Positions 27,101 to 40,186 of a DNA stretch of 64,000 nucleotides are shown one piece after another (the stretch's first letter is position 1; each line of letters opens with the position of its first letter). This stretch comes from Eledone cirrhosa (lineage: Eukaryota), in the NCBI GenBank assembly GCA_964016885.1, contig OZ024740.1:431024001-431088000 (forward strand), written 5' to 3'. The position numbers and the translations under genes were made by a program. Under the pieces are notes generated by a model. The model did not search any database and was not told the origin of the DNA. It saw only the letters and a list, made by a program, of their open reading frames with translations.

Positions 27101-30100
27101 TACCTGGGGTCTGTTTGTCAGTCGTACCTGGGGTCTGTTTGTCAGGTCTACCTGGGGTCTGTCTGTCAGGTCACCTGGGGTCTGTCTGTCAGTCCTACCT
27201 GGCGTCTGTCTGTCAGTCCTACCTGGAGTCTGTTTGTCAGTCCTACCTGGGGTCAGTTTCTCAGGTCTAACTGGGATCTGTTTGTCAGTCCTACCTGGGG
27301 TCTGTTTGTCAGTCCTACCTGGGGTCTGTTTGTCAGGTCTAACTGGGATCTGTTTGTCAGTCCTACCTGGGGTCTGTTTGTCAGTCCTACCTGGGGTCTG
27401 TTTGTCAGGTCTAACTGGGATCTGTTTGTCAGTCCTACCTGGGGTCTGTTTGTCACTCCTACCTGGGGTCTGTTTGTCAGTCCTACTTGGGGTTTGTTTC
27501 TCAGCTCTACCTGGGGTCTGTTTCTCAGCTCTACCTGGGGTCTGTTTGTCAGTCCTACTTGGGGTTTGTTTCTCAGCTCTACCTGGGGTCTGTTTGTCAG
27601 TCCTACCTGGGGTCTGTTTGTCAGTCCTACCTGGGGTCTGTTTGTCAGTCCTACCTGGGGACTGTCTGTCAGTCCTACCTTGCGTCTGTCTGTTAGTCCT
27701 ACCTGGGGTCTGTTTGTCAGTCCTACCTGGGGTCTGGTTGTCAGTCCTACCTGGGGTCTGTTTGTCAGTCCTACCTGGGGTCTGTTTCTCAGCTCTACCT
27801 GGGGTCTGTTTGTCAGTCCTACCTGGGGTCTGTTTCTCAGGTCTACCTGGGGTCTGTTTGTCACTCCTACCTGGGGTCTGTTTGTCTGACCTACCTGGGG
27901 TCTGTTTGTCGGGCCTACCTGGGGACTGTCTGTCAGTCCTACCTGGGATCTGCTTGTCAGTCCTACCTGGGGTCTGTTTGTCAGTCCTACCTGGGGTCTG
28001 TTTGTCAGGTCTACCTGGCGTCTGTCTATCAGGCCTACCTGGGGTCTGTTTATCAGGCCTACCTGGGGTCTGTTTCTCAGGTCTACCTGAGGTCTGTTTG
28101 TCAGGTTACCTGGGGTCCGTTTGTCAGGTCTAATTGGGGACTGTCTGTCAGTCCTACCTGGGGTCTGTTTGTCGAGCCTATCTGGGGTCTGTTTCTCAGT
28201 CCTACTTGGGGTTTGTTTGTCAGTCCTACCTGGGGTCTGTTTGTCGAGCCTATCTGGGGTCTGTTTCTCAGTCCAACTTGGGGTTTGTTTGTCAGTCCTA
28301 CCTGGGGTCTGTTTTGTCAGTCCTACCTGGGGTCTGTTTCTCAGATCTACCTGGGGTCTGTTTGTCAGTCCTACCCGGTGTCTGTTTGTCAGTCCTACCT
28401 GGGGTCTGTTTGTCAGGTCTACCTGGGGTCTGTTTGTCAGGTCTACCTGGGGTCTGTTTGTCAGTCCTACCTGGGGTCTGTTTCTCAGGTCTACCTGGGG
28501 TCTGTTTGTCAGGTTACCTGGGGTCCGTTTGTCAGGTCTAATTGGGGACTGTCTGTCAGTCCTACCTGGGGTCTGTTTGTCGAGCCTATCTGGGGTCTGT
28601 TTCTCAGTCCTACTTGGGGTTTGTTTGTCAGTCCTACCTGGGGTCTGTTTTGTCAGTCCTACCTGGGGTCTGTTTCTCAGGTCTACCTGGGGTCTGTTTG
28701 TCAGTCCTACCCGGGGTCTGTTCGTCAGTCCTACCTGGGGTCTGTTTGTCAGTCCTACCTGGGGTCTGTTTGTCAGTCCTACCTGGCGTCTGTCTGTCAG
28801 TCCTACCTGGGGTCTGTTTGTCAGTCCTACCTGGGGTCTGTTTGTCAGTCGTACCTGGGGTCTGTTTGTCAGGTCTACCTGGGGTCTGTCTGTCAGGTCA
28901 CCTGGGGTCTGTCTGTCAGTCCTACCTGGCGTCTGTCTGTCAGTCCTACCTGGGGTCTGTTTGTCAGTCCTACCTGGGGTCTGTTTCTCAGGTCTAACTG
29001 GGATCTGTTTGTCAGTCCTACCTGGGGTCTGTTTGTCAGTCCTACCTGGGGTCTGTTTGTCAGGTCTAACTGGGATCTGTTTGTCAGTCCTACCTGGGGT
29101 CTGTTTGTCAGTCCTACCTGGGGTCTGTTTGTCAGGTCTAACTGGGATCTGTTTGTCAGTCCTACCTGGGGTCTGTTTGTCAGGTCTACCTGGCGTCTGT
29201 CTATCAGGCCTACCTGGGGTCTGTTTATCAGGCCTACCTGGGGTCTGTTTCTCAGGTCTACCTGGGGTCTGTTTGTCAGGTTACCTGGGGTCCGTTTGTC
29301 AGGTCTACCTGGGGTCTGTCTGTCAGGTCACCTGGGGTCTGTCTGTCAGTCCTACCTTGCGTCTGTCTGTTAGTCCTACCTGGGGTCTGTTTGTCAGTCC
29401 TACCTGGGGTCTGTTTGTCAGTCGTACCTGGGGTCTGTTTGTCAGGTCTACCTGGGGTCTGTCTGTCAGGTCACCTGGGGTCTGTCTGTCAGTCCTACCT
29501 TGCGTCTGTCTGTTAGTCCTACCTGGGGTCTGTTTCTCAGCTCTACCTGGGGTCTGTTTGTCAGTCCTACCTGGGGTCTGTTTCTCAGGTCTACCTGGGG
29601 TCTGTTTGTCACTCCTACCTGGGGTCTGTTTGTCTGACCTACCTGGGGTCTGTTTGTCGGGCCTACCTGGGGACTGTCTGTCAGTCCTACCTGGGATCTG
29701 CTTGTCAGTCCTACCTGGGGTCTGTTTGTCAGTCCTACCTGGGGTCTGTTTGTCAGGTCTACCTGGCGTCTGTCTATCAGGCCTACCTGGGGTCTGTTTA
29801 TCAGGCCTACCTGGGGTCTGTTTCTCAGGTCTACCTGGGGTCTGTTTGTCAGGTTACCTGGGGTCCGTTTGTCAGGTCTAATTGGGGACTGTCTGTCAGT
29901 CCTACCTGGGGTCTGTTTGTCGAGCCTATCTGGGGTCTGTTTCTCAGTCCTACTTGGGGTTTGTTTGTCAGTCCTACCTGGGGTCTGTTTGTCGAGCCTA
30001 TCTGGGGTCTGTTTCTCAGTCCAACTTGGGGTTTGTTTGTCAGTCCTACCTGGGGTCTGTTTTGTCAGTCCTACCTGGGGTCTGTTTCTCAGATCTACCT

Positions 30101-30681
30101 GGGGTCTGTTTGTCAGTCCTACCCGGGGTCTGTTTGTCAGTCCTACCTGGGGTCTGTTTGTCAGGTCTACCTGGGGTCTGTTTGTCAGGTCTACCTGGGG
30201 TCTGTTTGTCAGTCCTACCTGGGGTCTGTTTCTCAGGTCTACCTGGGGTCTGTTTGTCAGGTTACCTGGGGTCCGTTTGTCAGGTCTAATTGGGGACTGT
30301 CTGTCAGTCCTACCTGGGGTCTGTTTGTCGAGCCTATCTGGGGTCTGTTTCTCAGTCCTACTTGGGGTTTGTTTGTCAGTCCTACCTGGGGTCTGTTTTG
30401 TCAGTCCTACCTGGGGTCTGTTTCTCAGGTCTACCTGGGGTCTGTTTGTCAGTCCTACCCGGGGTCTGTTCGTCAGTCCTACCTGGGGTCTGTTTGTCAG
30501 TCCTACCTGGGGTCTGTTTGTCAGTCCTACCTGGGGTCTGTTTGTCAGCTCTACCTGGGGTCTGTTTGTCAGTCCTACTTGGGGTCTGTTTGTCAGGTCT
30601 ACCTGGGGTCTGTTTGTCAGTCCTACCTGGGGTCTGTTTGTCAGGTCTACCTGGGGTCTGTTTGTCAGTCCTACCTGGGGT
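24165..30681. repeat. 24-bp minisatellite array 5
   Basis: Seen directly. Confidence 0.97.
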
Positions 30682-30765
30682 ATATTTTATGAGGAATAAG
30701 TTGAACAATCCATATTAGTATTTACACACAGCCATGTTCTGTTGATTGGAGAATTTCTTGTGAGG

Positions 30766-31638
30766 CACCGCCACCATTACCACCACCACTACCACTACCA
30801 CTACCAATACCACCACTACTACCACTACCACCACTACTACCACTACCACCACTACTACCACTACCACTACCACCACCACTGCCACCACAACCACCACCAC
30901 CACTACTACAACCACTACCACTGCCACCACCACCATACTACCACCACCACTACCACCACCACTACCACTACCACTACCACTACCACCACCACCACCACTA
31001 GCACTAGCACCACTACTACCACCACCACTACCACTACCACCACCACCACCACCACTAGCACTACCACCACTACTACCACTACGATCACTACTACCACTAC
31101 CACCACCACTACCACTACCACCACCACTGCCACCACCACCACTACCACCACCACTACCACTACCACCACCACTACCACGACCACCACCACTACCACCACC
31201 ACTACCACGACCACCACCACTACCAAACCACCACCACTACCACTACCACAACCACTACCACTACCACCACCACTGCCACCACCACCACCACTACCACCAC
31301 CACCTTTACTACCACCACCACCACCACCACCACCAGCACCACCACCAGCACCACCAACACTGCCACCACCACCATACTACCACCACCACCACCACCACCA
31401 CCACTACCACCACCACCACCACCACCACCACTACCACCAACACCACCACTACCACCACCACCACCACCACCACCAACAACATCACCACCACCAACACCAT
31501 CACCACCACCACCACTACCACCACCACCACCACAACCACCACTACCACCACCAGCAGCACCAATACCACCACCACCATCACCACCACCACCACCACGACC
31601 ACCACCACCACCACCACCACCATCAACACCACCACCAC
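30766..31638. repeat. (ACC/ACT)n tract, unit 5
   Basis: Seen directly. Confidence 0.97.
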
Positions 31639-34600
31639 CTACCTGGAGTCTGTTTGTCAGGTCTACTGGTGTCTGTTTGTCATGTCTACCTGGGGTCTGT
31701 TTTTCAGTCCTACCTGGGGTCTGTTTGTCAGGTCTATCTGGGGTCTGTTTGTCAGTCCTACCTGGGGTCTGTTTGTCAGTCCTACCTGGGGTCTGTTTGT
31801 CAGTCCTACCTGGGGTGTGTTTGTCAGGTCTACCTGGGGTCTGTTTGTCAGGTCTACTGGAGTCTGTTTGTCAGGTCTACTGGGGTCTGTTTGTCAGGTC
31901 TACTTGGGGTCTGTTTGTCAGTCCTACCTGGGGTCTGTTTGTCAGTCCTACCTGGGGTGTGTTTGTCAGGTCTACCTGGGGTCTGTTTGTCAGGTCTATT
32001 GGAGTCTGTTTGTCAGGTCTACTGGGGTCTGTTTGTCAGGTCTACCTGGGGTCTGTTTGTCAGTCCTACCTGGGGTATGTTTGTCAGTCCTACCTGGGAT
32101 CTGTTTGTCAGGTCTACTGGGGTCTGTTTGTCAGGTCTACTGGGGTCTGTTTGTCAGGTCTACTGGGGTCTGTTTGTCAGGTCTACCTGGGGTCCGTTTG
32201 TCTGTCCTACCTGGGGTCTGTTTGTCAGGTCTACTGGGGTCTGTTTGTCAGGTCTACTGGGGTCTGTTTGTAAGATCTACCTGGGGTCTGTTTCTCAGGT
32301 CTACCTGGGGTCTCTTTGTCAGGTCTACATGGGGCCTGTCTGTCAGTCCTACCTGGGGTCTGATTGTCAGTCCTACCTGGGGTCTGTTTGTCAGGTCAAC
32401 CTGGGGTCTGTCTGTCAGGTCTACCTGGGGTCTGTTTGTCAGATCTACCTGGGGTCTGTTTGTCAGTCCTACCTGGGGTCTGTTTGTAAGGTCTACCTGG
32501 GGGTCTGTTTGTCAGGTCGCCCTGGGGTCTGTCTGTCAGTCCTACCTGGGGTCTGTTTCTCAGATCTACCTGGGGTCTGTTTGTCAGTCCTACCCGGGGT
32601 CTGTTTTTCAGTCCTACCTGGGGTCTGTTTGTCAGGTCTACCTGGGGTCTGTTTGTCAGGTCTACCTGGGGTCTGTTTGTCAGTCCTACCTGGGGTCTGT
32701 TTCTCAGGTCTACCTGGGGTCTGTTTGTCAGGTTACCTGGGGTCCGTTTGTCAGGTCTAATTGGGGACTGTCTGTCAGTCCTACCTGGGGTCTGTTTGTC
32801 GAGCCTAACTGGGGTCTGTTTCTCAGTCCTACTTGGGGTTTGTTTGTCAGTCCTACCTGGGGTCTGTTTTGTCAGTCCTACCTGGGGTCTGTTTGTCAGG
32901 TCTACCTGGGGTCTGTTTCTCAGGTCTACCTGGGGTCTGTTTGTCAGGTCTACCTGGGGTCTGTCTGTCAGTCCTACCTGGGGTCTGTTTGTCAGTTCGA
33001 CCTGGGGTCTGTTTGTCAGGTCTTCCTGGGGTCTGTTTGTCAGTCCTACCTGGGGTCTGTTTGTCAGTCCTACCTGGGGTCTGTTTGTCAGGTCTACCTG
33101 GGGTCTGTTTGTCAGTCCTACCTGGGGTCTGTTTGTCAGTCCTACCTGGGGTCTGTTTGTCAGTCCTACCTGGGGTCTGTCTGTCAGTCCTACCTGTGGT
33201 CTGTTTGTCAGTCCTACCTGAGGTCTGTCTGTCAGGTCAACCTGGGGTCTTTTTGTCAGGTCTACCTGGGGTCTGTTTGTCAGGTCTACCTGGGGTCTGT
33301 CTGTCAGTCCTACCTGGGGTCTGTCTGTCAGTCCTACCTGGGGTCTGTTTGTCAGTCCTACCTGGGGTCTGTTTCTCAGGTCTACCTGGGGTCTGTCTAT
33401 CAGTCCTACCTGGGGTCTGTCTGTCAGATCTACCTGGGGTCTGTTTGTCAGTCCTATCTGGGGTCTGTTTGTCAGTCCTACCTGGGGTCTGTTTGTCAGG
33501 TCTACCTGGGGTCTGTTTGTCAGGTCTACCTGGGGTCTGTCTGTCAGGTCACCTGGGGTCTGTCTGTCAGTCCTACCTGGCGTCTGTTTGTCAGTCGTAC
33601 CTGGGGTCTGTTTGTCAGGTCTACCTGGGGTCTGTCTGTCAGGTCACCTGGGGTCTGTCTGTCAGTCCTACCTGGCGTCTGTCTGTCAGTCCTACCTGGG
33701 GTCTGTTTGTCAGTCCTACCTGGGGTCTGTTTCTCAGGTCTAACTGGGATCTGTTTGTCAGTCCTACCTGGGGTCTGTTTGTCAGTCCTACCTGGGGTCT
33801 GTTTGTCAGGTCTAACTGGGATCTGTTTGTCAGTCCTACCTGGGGTCTGTTTGTCAGTCCTACCTGGGGTCTGTTTGTCAGGTCTAACTGGGATCTGTTT
33901 GTCAGTCCTACCTGGGGTCTGTTTGTCAGTCCTACCTGGGCTCTGTTTGTCAGTCCTACTTGGGGTTTGTTTCTCAGCTCTACCTGGGGTCTGTTTCTCA
34001 GCTCTACCTGGGGTCTGTTTGTCAGTCCTACTTGGGGTTTGTTTCTCAGCTCTACCTGGGGTCTGTTTGTCAGTCCTACCTGGGGTCTGTTTGTCAGTCC
34101 TACCTGGGGTCTGTTTGTCAGTCCTACCTGGGGACTGTCTGTCAGTCCTACCTTGCGTCTGTCTGTTAGTCCTACCTGGGGTCTGTTTGTCAGTCCTACC
34201 TGGGGTCTGGTTGTCAGTCCTACCTGGGGTCTGTTTGTCAGTCCTACCTGGGGTCTGTTTGTCAGTCCTACCTGGGGTCTGTTTCTCAGGTCTACCTGGG
34301 GTCTGTTTGTCACTCCTACCTGGGGTCTGTTTGTCAGTCCTACCTGGGGTCTGTTTCTCAGCTCTACCTGGGGTCTGTTTGTCAGTCCTACCTGGGGTCT
34401 GTTTCTCAGGTCTACCTGGGGTCTGTTTGTCACTCCTACCTGGGGTCTGTTTGTCTGACCTACCTGGGGTCTGTTTGTCGGGCCTACCTGGGGACTGTCT
34501 GTCAGTCCTACCTGGGATCTGCTTGTCAGTCCTACCTGGGGTCTGTTTGTCAGTCCTACCTGGGGTCTGTTTGTCAGGTCTACCTGGGGTCTGTCTATCA

Positions 34601-35905
34601 GGCCTACCTGGGGTCTGTTTATCAGGCCTACCTGGGGTCTGTTTCTCAGGTCTACCTGGGGTCTGTTTGTCAGGTTACCTGGGGTCCGTTTGTCAGGTCT
34701 AATTGGGGACTGTCTGTCAGTCCTACCTGGGGTCTGTTTGTCGAGCCTATCTGGGGTCTGTTTCTCAGTCCTACTTGGGGTTTGTTTGTCAGTCCTACCT
34801 GGGGTCTGTTTTGTCAGTCCTACCTGGGGTCTGTTTCTCAGATCTACCTGGGGTCTGTTTGTCAGTCCTACCCGGGGTCTGTTTGTCAGTCCTACCTGGG
34901 GTCTGTTTGTCAGGTCTACCTGGGGTCTGTTTGTCAGGTCTACCTGGGATCTGTTTGTCAGTCCTACCTGGGGTCTGTTTCTCAGGTCTACCTGGGGTCT
35001 GTTTGTCAGGTTACCTGGGGTCCGTTTGTCAGGTCTAATTGGGGACTGTCTGTCAGTCCTACCTGGGGTCTGTTTGTCGAGCCTATCTGGGGTCTGTTTC
35101 TCAGTCCTACTTGGGGTCTGTTTGTCAGTCCTACCTGGGGTCTGTTTGTCAGTCCTACCTGGGGTCTGTTTGTCAGCTCTACCTGGGGTCTGTATGTCAG
35201 TCCTACCCGGGGTCTGTTTGTCAGGTCTACCTGGTGTCTGTTTGTCAGTCCTACCTGGGGTCTGTTTGTCAGCTCTACCTGGGGTCTGTTTGTCAGTCCT
35301 ACCTGGGGTCTGTTTGTCAGGTCTACCTGGTGTCTGTTTGTCAGTCCTACCTGGGGTCTGTTTGTCAGGTCTACCTGGTGTCTGTTTGTCAGTGCTACCT
35401 GGGGTCTGTTTGTCAGGTCTACCTGAGGTCTGTCTGTCCTACCTGGGGTCTGTTTGTCAGGCCTACCTGGGGTCTGTTTCTCAGGTCTACCTGGGTTCTG
35501 TTTGTCAGGTTACCTGGGGTCCGTTTGTCAGGTCTAATTGGGGACTGTCTGTCAGTCCTACCTGGGGTCTGTTTGTCGAGCCTATCTGGGGTCTGTTTCT
35601 CAGTCCTACTTGGGGTTTGTTTGTCAGTCCTACCTGGGGTCTGTTTTGTCAGTCCTACCCGGGGTCTGTTTGTCAGTCCTACCTGGGGTCTGTTTCTCAG
35701 GTCTACCTGGGGTCTGTTTGTCAGTCCTACCTGGTGTCTGTCTGTCAGTCCTACCTGGGGTCTGTTTGTCAGTCCTACCTGGGGTCTGTTTGTCAGTCCT
35801 ACCTGGGGTCTGTTTGTCAGGTCTACCTGGAGTCTGTTTGTCAGTCCTACCTGGGGTCTGTTTGTCAGGTCTACCTGGGGTCTGTTTGTCAGTCCTACCT
35901 GGGGT
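31639..35905. repeat. 24-bp minisatellite array 6
   Basis: Seen directly. Confidence 0.97.
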
Positions 35906-35989
35906 ATATTTTATGAGGAATAAGTTGAACAATCCATATTAGTATTTACACACAGCCATGTTCTGTTGATTGGAGAATTTCTTGTGAGG

Positions 35990-37068
35990 CACCGCCACCA
36001 TTACCACCACCACTACCACTACCACTACCAATACCACCACCACCACTAGCACTACCACCACTACTACCACTACCACCACTACTACCACTACCACTACCAC
36101 CACCACTGCCACCACCACCACCACCACCACTACTACAACCACTACCACTGCCACCACCACCATACTACCACCACCACTACCACCACCACTACCACTACCA
36201 CTACCACTACCACCACCGCCACCACAAGCACTACCACCACTACTACCACCACCACTACCACTACCACCACCACCACCACCACCACTAGCACTACCACCAC
36301 TACTACCACTACGATCACTACTACCACTACCACCACCACTACCCCTACCACCACCATTGCCACCACCACCACTACCACCACCACTACCAAACCACCACCA
36401 CTACCACTACCACAACCACTACCACTACCACCACCACTGCCACCACCACCACCACTACCACCACCACCTTTACTACCACCACCACCACCACCACCACCAG
36501 CACCACCACCACTGCCACCACCACCATACTACCACCAACACCACCACCACCACCACCACTACCACCAACACCACCACTACCACCACCACCACCACTACCA
36601 CCAACACCATCACCACCACCACCACCACCAACAACAACATCACCACCACCAACACCATCACCACCACCACCACTACCACCACCACCACCACAACCACCAC
36701 TACCACCACCAGCAGCACCAATACCACCACCACCATCACCACCACCACCACCACGACCACCACCACCACCACCACCACCATCAACACCACCACCACCAGC
36801 ACTAGCACCACCACCACCACCACTACTACCAACCACCACCACCGCCGCCACCACCACCACCACTACCACCACCAACACCACCAACACCACCAACACCACC
36901 ACCACCACCACCACCACCACCACCACCACCACCACTACTACCACCACCAACACCACCACCACCACCACCACCACCACTACCACTACCACCACCACCATCA
37001 ACACCACCACCACCAGCACTAGCACCACCACCACCACCACCACCACCACCACCACAACCACCGCCACC

Positions 37069-37099
<31 letters not shown>

Positions 37100-37560
37100 A
37101 CACCACCACAACTACCACCACCACCACCACCACCACTACCAACACCAGCACCACCACCACCACCACCAACAACAACACCACCAACACACCACCACCACCA
37201 CTACCACCACTACGACCACCACCACCACCACAACCACCGCCACCACCACCTCCACCACCACCACCAACACCACCACCACTACCACCACCAACACCACCAC
37301 AACCACCACCACCACCACCACCACCACTACCAACACCAGCACCACCACGACCACCACCACCACTACCACCACCAACACACCACCACCACCACCACCACCA
37401 CCACCACCACCACTACCACCACCAACACACCACCACCACCATTACCACCACCACTACCACCACCACCACCACCACAACCACCGCCACCACCACCACCACC
37501 ACCACCGCCACCAACACCACCACCACAACCACCACCACCACCACCACCACCACTACCAAC

Positions 37561-37591
<31 letters not shown>

Positions 37592-37796
37592 ACAACAACA
37601 CCACCAACACACCACCACCACCATTACCACCACCACTACCACCACCACCACCACCACCACCACCACCACTACCACCACCACCGCCACCACCACCACCACC
37701 ACCACTACCAGCACCACCACCACTACCAACACCAGCACTGCCACCACCACCACAACCACCGCCACCACCACCACTGCCACCACCACCACTGCCACC
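35990..37796. repeat. (ACC)n tract, unit 6 (full-length, exits into unique DNA)
   Basis: Continues past the point where units 1-5 rejoin the 24-mer array. Confidence 0.96.
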
Positions 37797-38062
37797 GTGG
37801 CAATGACATTGTATTAACCTAATGATTTAATTAATTAATGAGCCCGACACTAACAATATTGACTACAACTGTCACAGCACTATTGTGACAATGTTTTGTA
37901 AAGACATTTGACATATTTTATTGTATTTATCAATGGAGACATTAGTAATAATTCTATTTTTATTAAATGTCTTGACCATTATAATTCCTTGACGAATGAA
38001 AATAACCAGGAAACTTATTTACTATCCAAGTTACTTCTCGTTAGCTGTTTTCTTCCTTATAG

Positions 38063-38161
38063 GCTTCGTATGTATGATGAGGTCCTTTGTGAAGCAATGT
38101 TTTACAACTGGGACACCTGCCAATCCTTTTCATGTGGTGGTGATGATCTAGCAGTGATATG
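38063..38161 (+). CDS. Candidate 99-bp internal exon (LRMYDEVLCEAMFYNWDTCQSFSCGGDDLAVI), gene unknown; duplicate at 45734-45832
   Basis: Acceptor TTTTCTTCCTTATAG, donor G|GTATAT, open frame, phase 2-2, GC-richer than flanks; no confident family match. Confidence 0.45.
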
Positions 38162-38649
38162 GTATATCTATTATAAACCACACAGTGTACTCTTGCAGCA
38201 GTTACTGAAGCAATTCTAGAAAGAACTAACAATTTAAAGAAACAATTATATTTTAGAATAAAAATATCTAAGAGAGTCATTGAAAAATATCTAAGAGAGT
38301 CATTGTTGTCATAACACTCTGAGTGTCACTACAATTGTTCATATATATTAACATTACACATCCAGTGATGATGATGGTGGTGATAGTGGTGATGATGATG
38401 ATATGACAAACTGCTATAGATGGTTTCTATGAACTAAATTCTACTGAAAATGTATTATTGGTCAACTTACTATTACATTTTTATTTTATTTCTAAGACCA
38501 GTAAAATATAAATAAATTCTCCAGAGGAGATTTAATTCTGTACATATTAGTTTTTGTAAATTATTGGAAATAATTAAACATTATCATGAAACTCAGTCAA
38601 ATAATTAGCTTGATAGGACATTAGCCCCCTAATTACAAGTTTGTGTGTG

Positions 38650-38895
38650 TGTGTGACAGCTCACACCTACGCAGGTTTAGCTGGCCTCCTCCAAGGTATA
38701 TCTCGTTGGAGGTGTCTTGGGTGATTTAATGATAAGGACCTCAGTGATATCATCTCATTTCTACAGCTGAGTAAACTGGAGCAACATGAAATAAAGTGTC
38801 TTGCTCAAGTAAACAACACATCACCCGATCTGAGAATTGAACTCACAACCTTTTAATTGCAAGCCCAATGCTCTAACCACTAAGCCATGCACCTT
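38650..38895 (-). mobile_element. tRNA-derived SINE (duplicate about 46490-46733)
   Basis: Minus strand has A box TGGCTTAGTGG and B box GAGTTCAATTC; body CTTGAGCAAGACACTTTATTTCA...CCAGTTTACTCAGCTGTAGAAATGAG; 3' boundary approximate. Confidence 0.8.
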
Positions 38896-38970
38896 CACAA
38901 ATCACAAGTTTACTGAATTATAGAAGCTTCCAGAGAAACATCACTTTTACTTATTTATCTCAGCTAACTA

Positions 38971-39176
38971 CCGTATATATTAGAATATAAGCTAATCAGA
39001 ATATAAGCCAAAACCCCTATTTTATGTCTGAGAAATAGGTAAAAATCCCAACCCTGTTTATGAACCAAGGCAGCTAATCAACACATTGTTTGGATGGTGT
39101 ATATAAACCATTCTCCCATTATTACCATCAATTATTTTGGTCATATATTCCTTGGCTTATATTCTAGTATATATGG
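38971..39176. mobile_element. Tc1/mariner-superfamily (Tc2/pogo-like) MITE (duplicate 46809-47014)
   Basis: 22-bp TIR CCGTATATATTAGAATATAAGC / GCTTATATTCTAGTATATATGG with 2 mismatches, flanked by TA on both sides. Confidence 0.8.
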
Positions 39177-39327
39177 TATATGTGCAAAGTTAACCTACAC
39201 TCAGTAGGCTCCTCCAAACCAAACACACCCCAACCCACTACCCCACTCCATCCTCCCACTCCCACCAACACCACCCTTTCTCTGTAAAGTTGGTACCACA
39301 ACATCCAGTCCTAAATGCATTCTAACC

Positions 39328-40000
39328 ACTCTACCATTCTATCTGACGTTCTAATAACTCTACCATTCTATCTGACGTTCTAACATCTCTACCATTCTAT
39401 ATGACGTTCTAATAACTCTACCATTCTATCTGACGTTCTAATAACTCTACCATTCTATCTGACGTTCTAACATCTCTACCATTCTATATGACGTTCTAAT
39501 AACTCTACCATTCTATCTGACGTTCTAACATCTCTACCATTCTATCTGACGTTCTAATAACTCTACCATTCTATCTGATGCTCTAATAACTCTACCATTC
39601 TATCTGATGCTCTAACATCTCTACCATTCTATATGACGTTCTAGCAACTCTACCATTCTATCTGACGTTCTAGCAACTCTACCATTCTATCTGACGTTCT
39701 AACATCTCTACCATTCTATCTGACGTTCTAATAACTCTACCATTCTATCTGATGCTCTAATAACTCTACCATTCTATCTGATGCTCTAACATCTCTACCA
39801 TTCTATATGACGTTCTAGCAACTCTACCATTCTATCTGACGTTCTAGCAACTCTACCATTCTATCTGACGTTCTAATAACTCTACCATTCTATCTGACGT
39901 TCTAATAACTCTACCATTCTATCTGACGTTCTAGCATCTCTACCATTCTATCTGACGTTCTAGCATCTCTACCATTCTGTATGACGTTCTAGCAACTCTA
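39328..40000. repeat. 29-bp minisatellite (TCTACCATTCTATCTGACGTTCTAATAAC), about 23 copies
   Basis: 29-nt period read directly. Confidence 0.95.
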
Positions 40001-40019
40001 AGAGTTCACCACAACTAAC

Positions 40020-40186
40020 AATAATTGTTTCTACTTTTGGCACAAGGCCAGCAATTGCCCAGTGCATTACTGGTACTTTATTTTGTCGACGTCATAAGGA
40101 TGAAAGGCAAAGTTAACCTCGGTGGGATTTGAACTCAGAATGGAAAGGGCCGTAACTCTATGCATCAAAGCATGGCGTCCGACCCT
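40020..40186 (-). mobile_element. tRNA-derived SINE, 5'-truncated copy of the family at 42194 and 59845
   Basis: Shared body CTGGTACTTTATTTT...GGATGAAAGGCAAAGTTAACCTCGG...ATTTGAACTCAG (B box on minus strand). Confidence 0.85.

Larger units (their letters stand above)
37797..39316. repeat. Unique part of segmental duplication, copy A (paralog 45468-47154)
   Basis: Near-identical sequence from GTGGCAATGACATTG to CATCCAGTCCTAAAT; ORFs 37908 and 45579 are identical. Confidence 0.95.

Noticed and set aside
14603-32760. Poly-His/Thr/Pro and poly-Val ORFs resembling mucins or His-rich proteins
   Set aside because: These are translations of (ACC)n tracts with non-ATG starts; the equivalent frame is broken by stops in units 1, 6 and 7.
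1-35905. Long ORFs (up to 1277 aa; LSVLPGVC, SPTWGLFV, QSYLGSVC, TPGRTDKQ with a CDK-like TPxR motif)
   Set aside because: A 24-nt unit is stop-free in most frames by chance. Frequent 23/25-nt variants shift frames, stops occur in the TPGR frame, and no frame is preferentially preserved.
1-35905. CRISPR-like array
   Set aside because: Monomers are contiguous with no unique spacers, there are no cas genes, and the context is eukaryotic.
38063-38161. Resemblance of LRMYDE..C...DDLAVIW to the Cys-loop receptor segment
   Set aside because: The invariant Pro of the (F/Y)P.D motif is missing and spacing differs; too weak to call.
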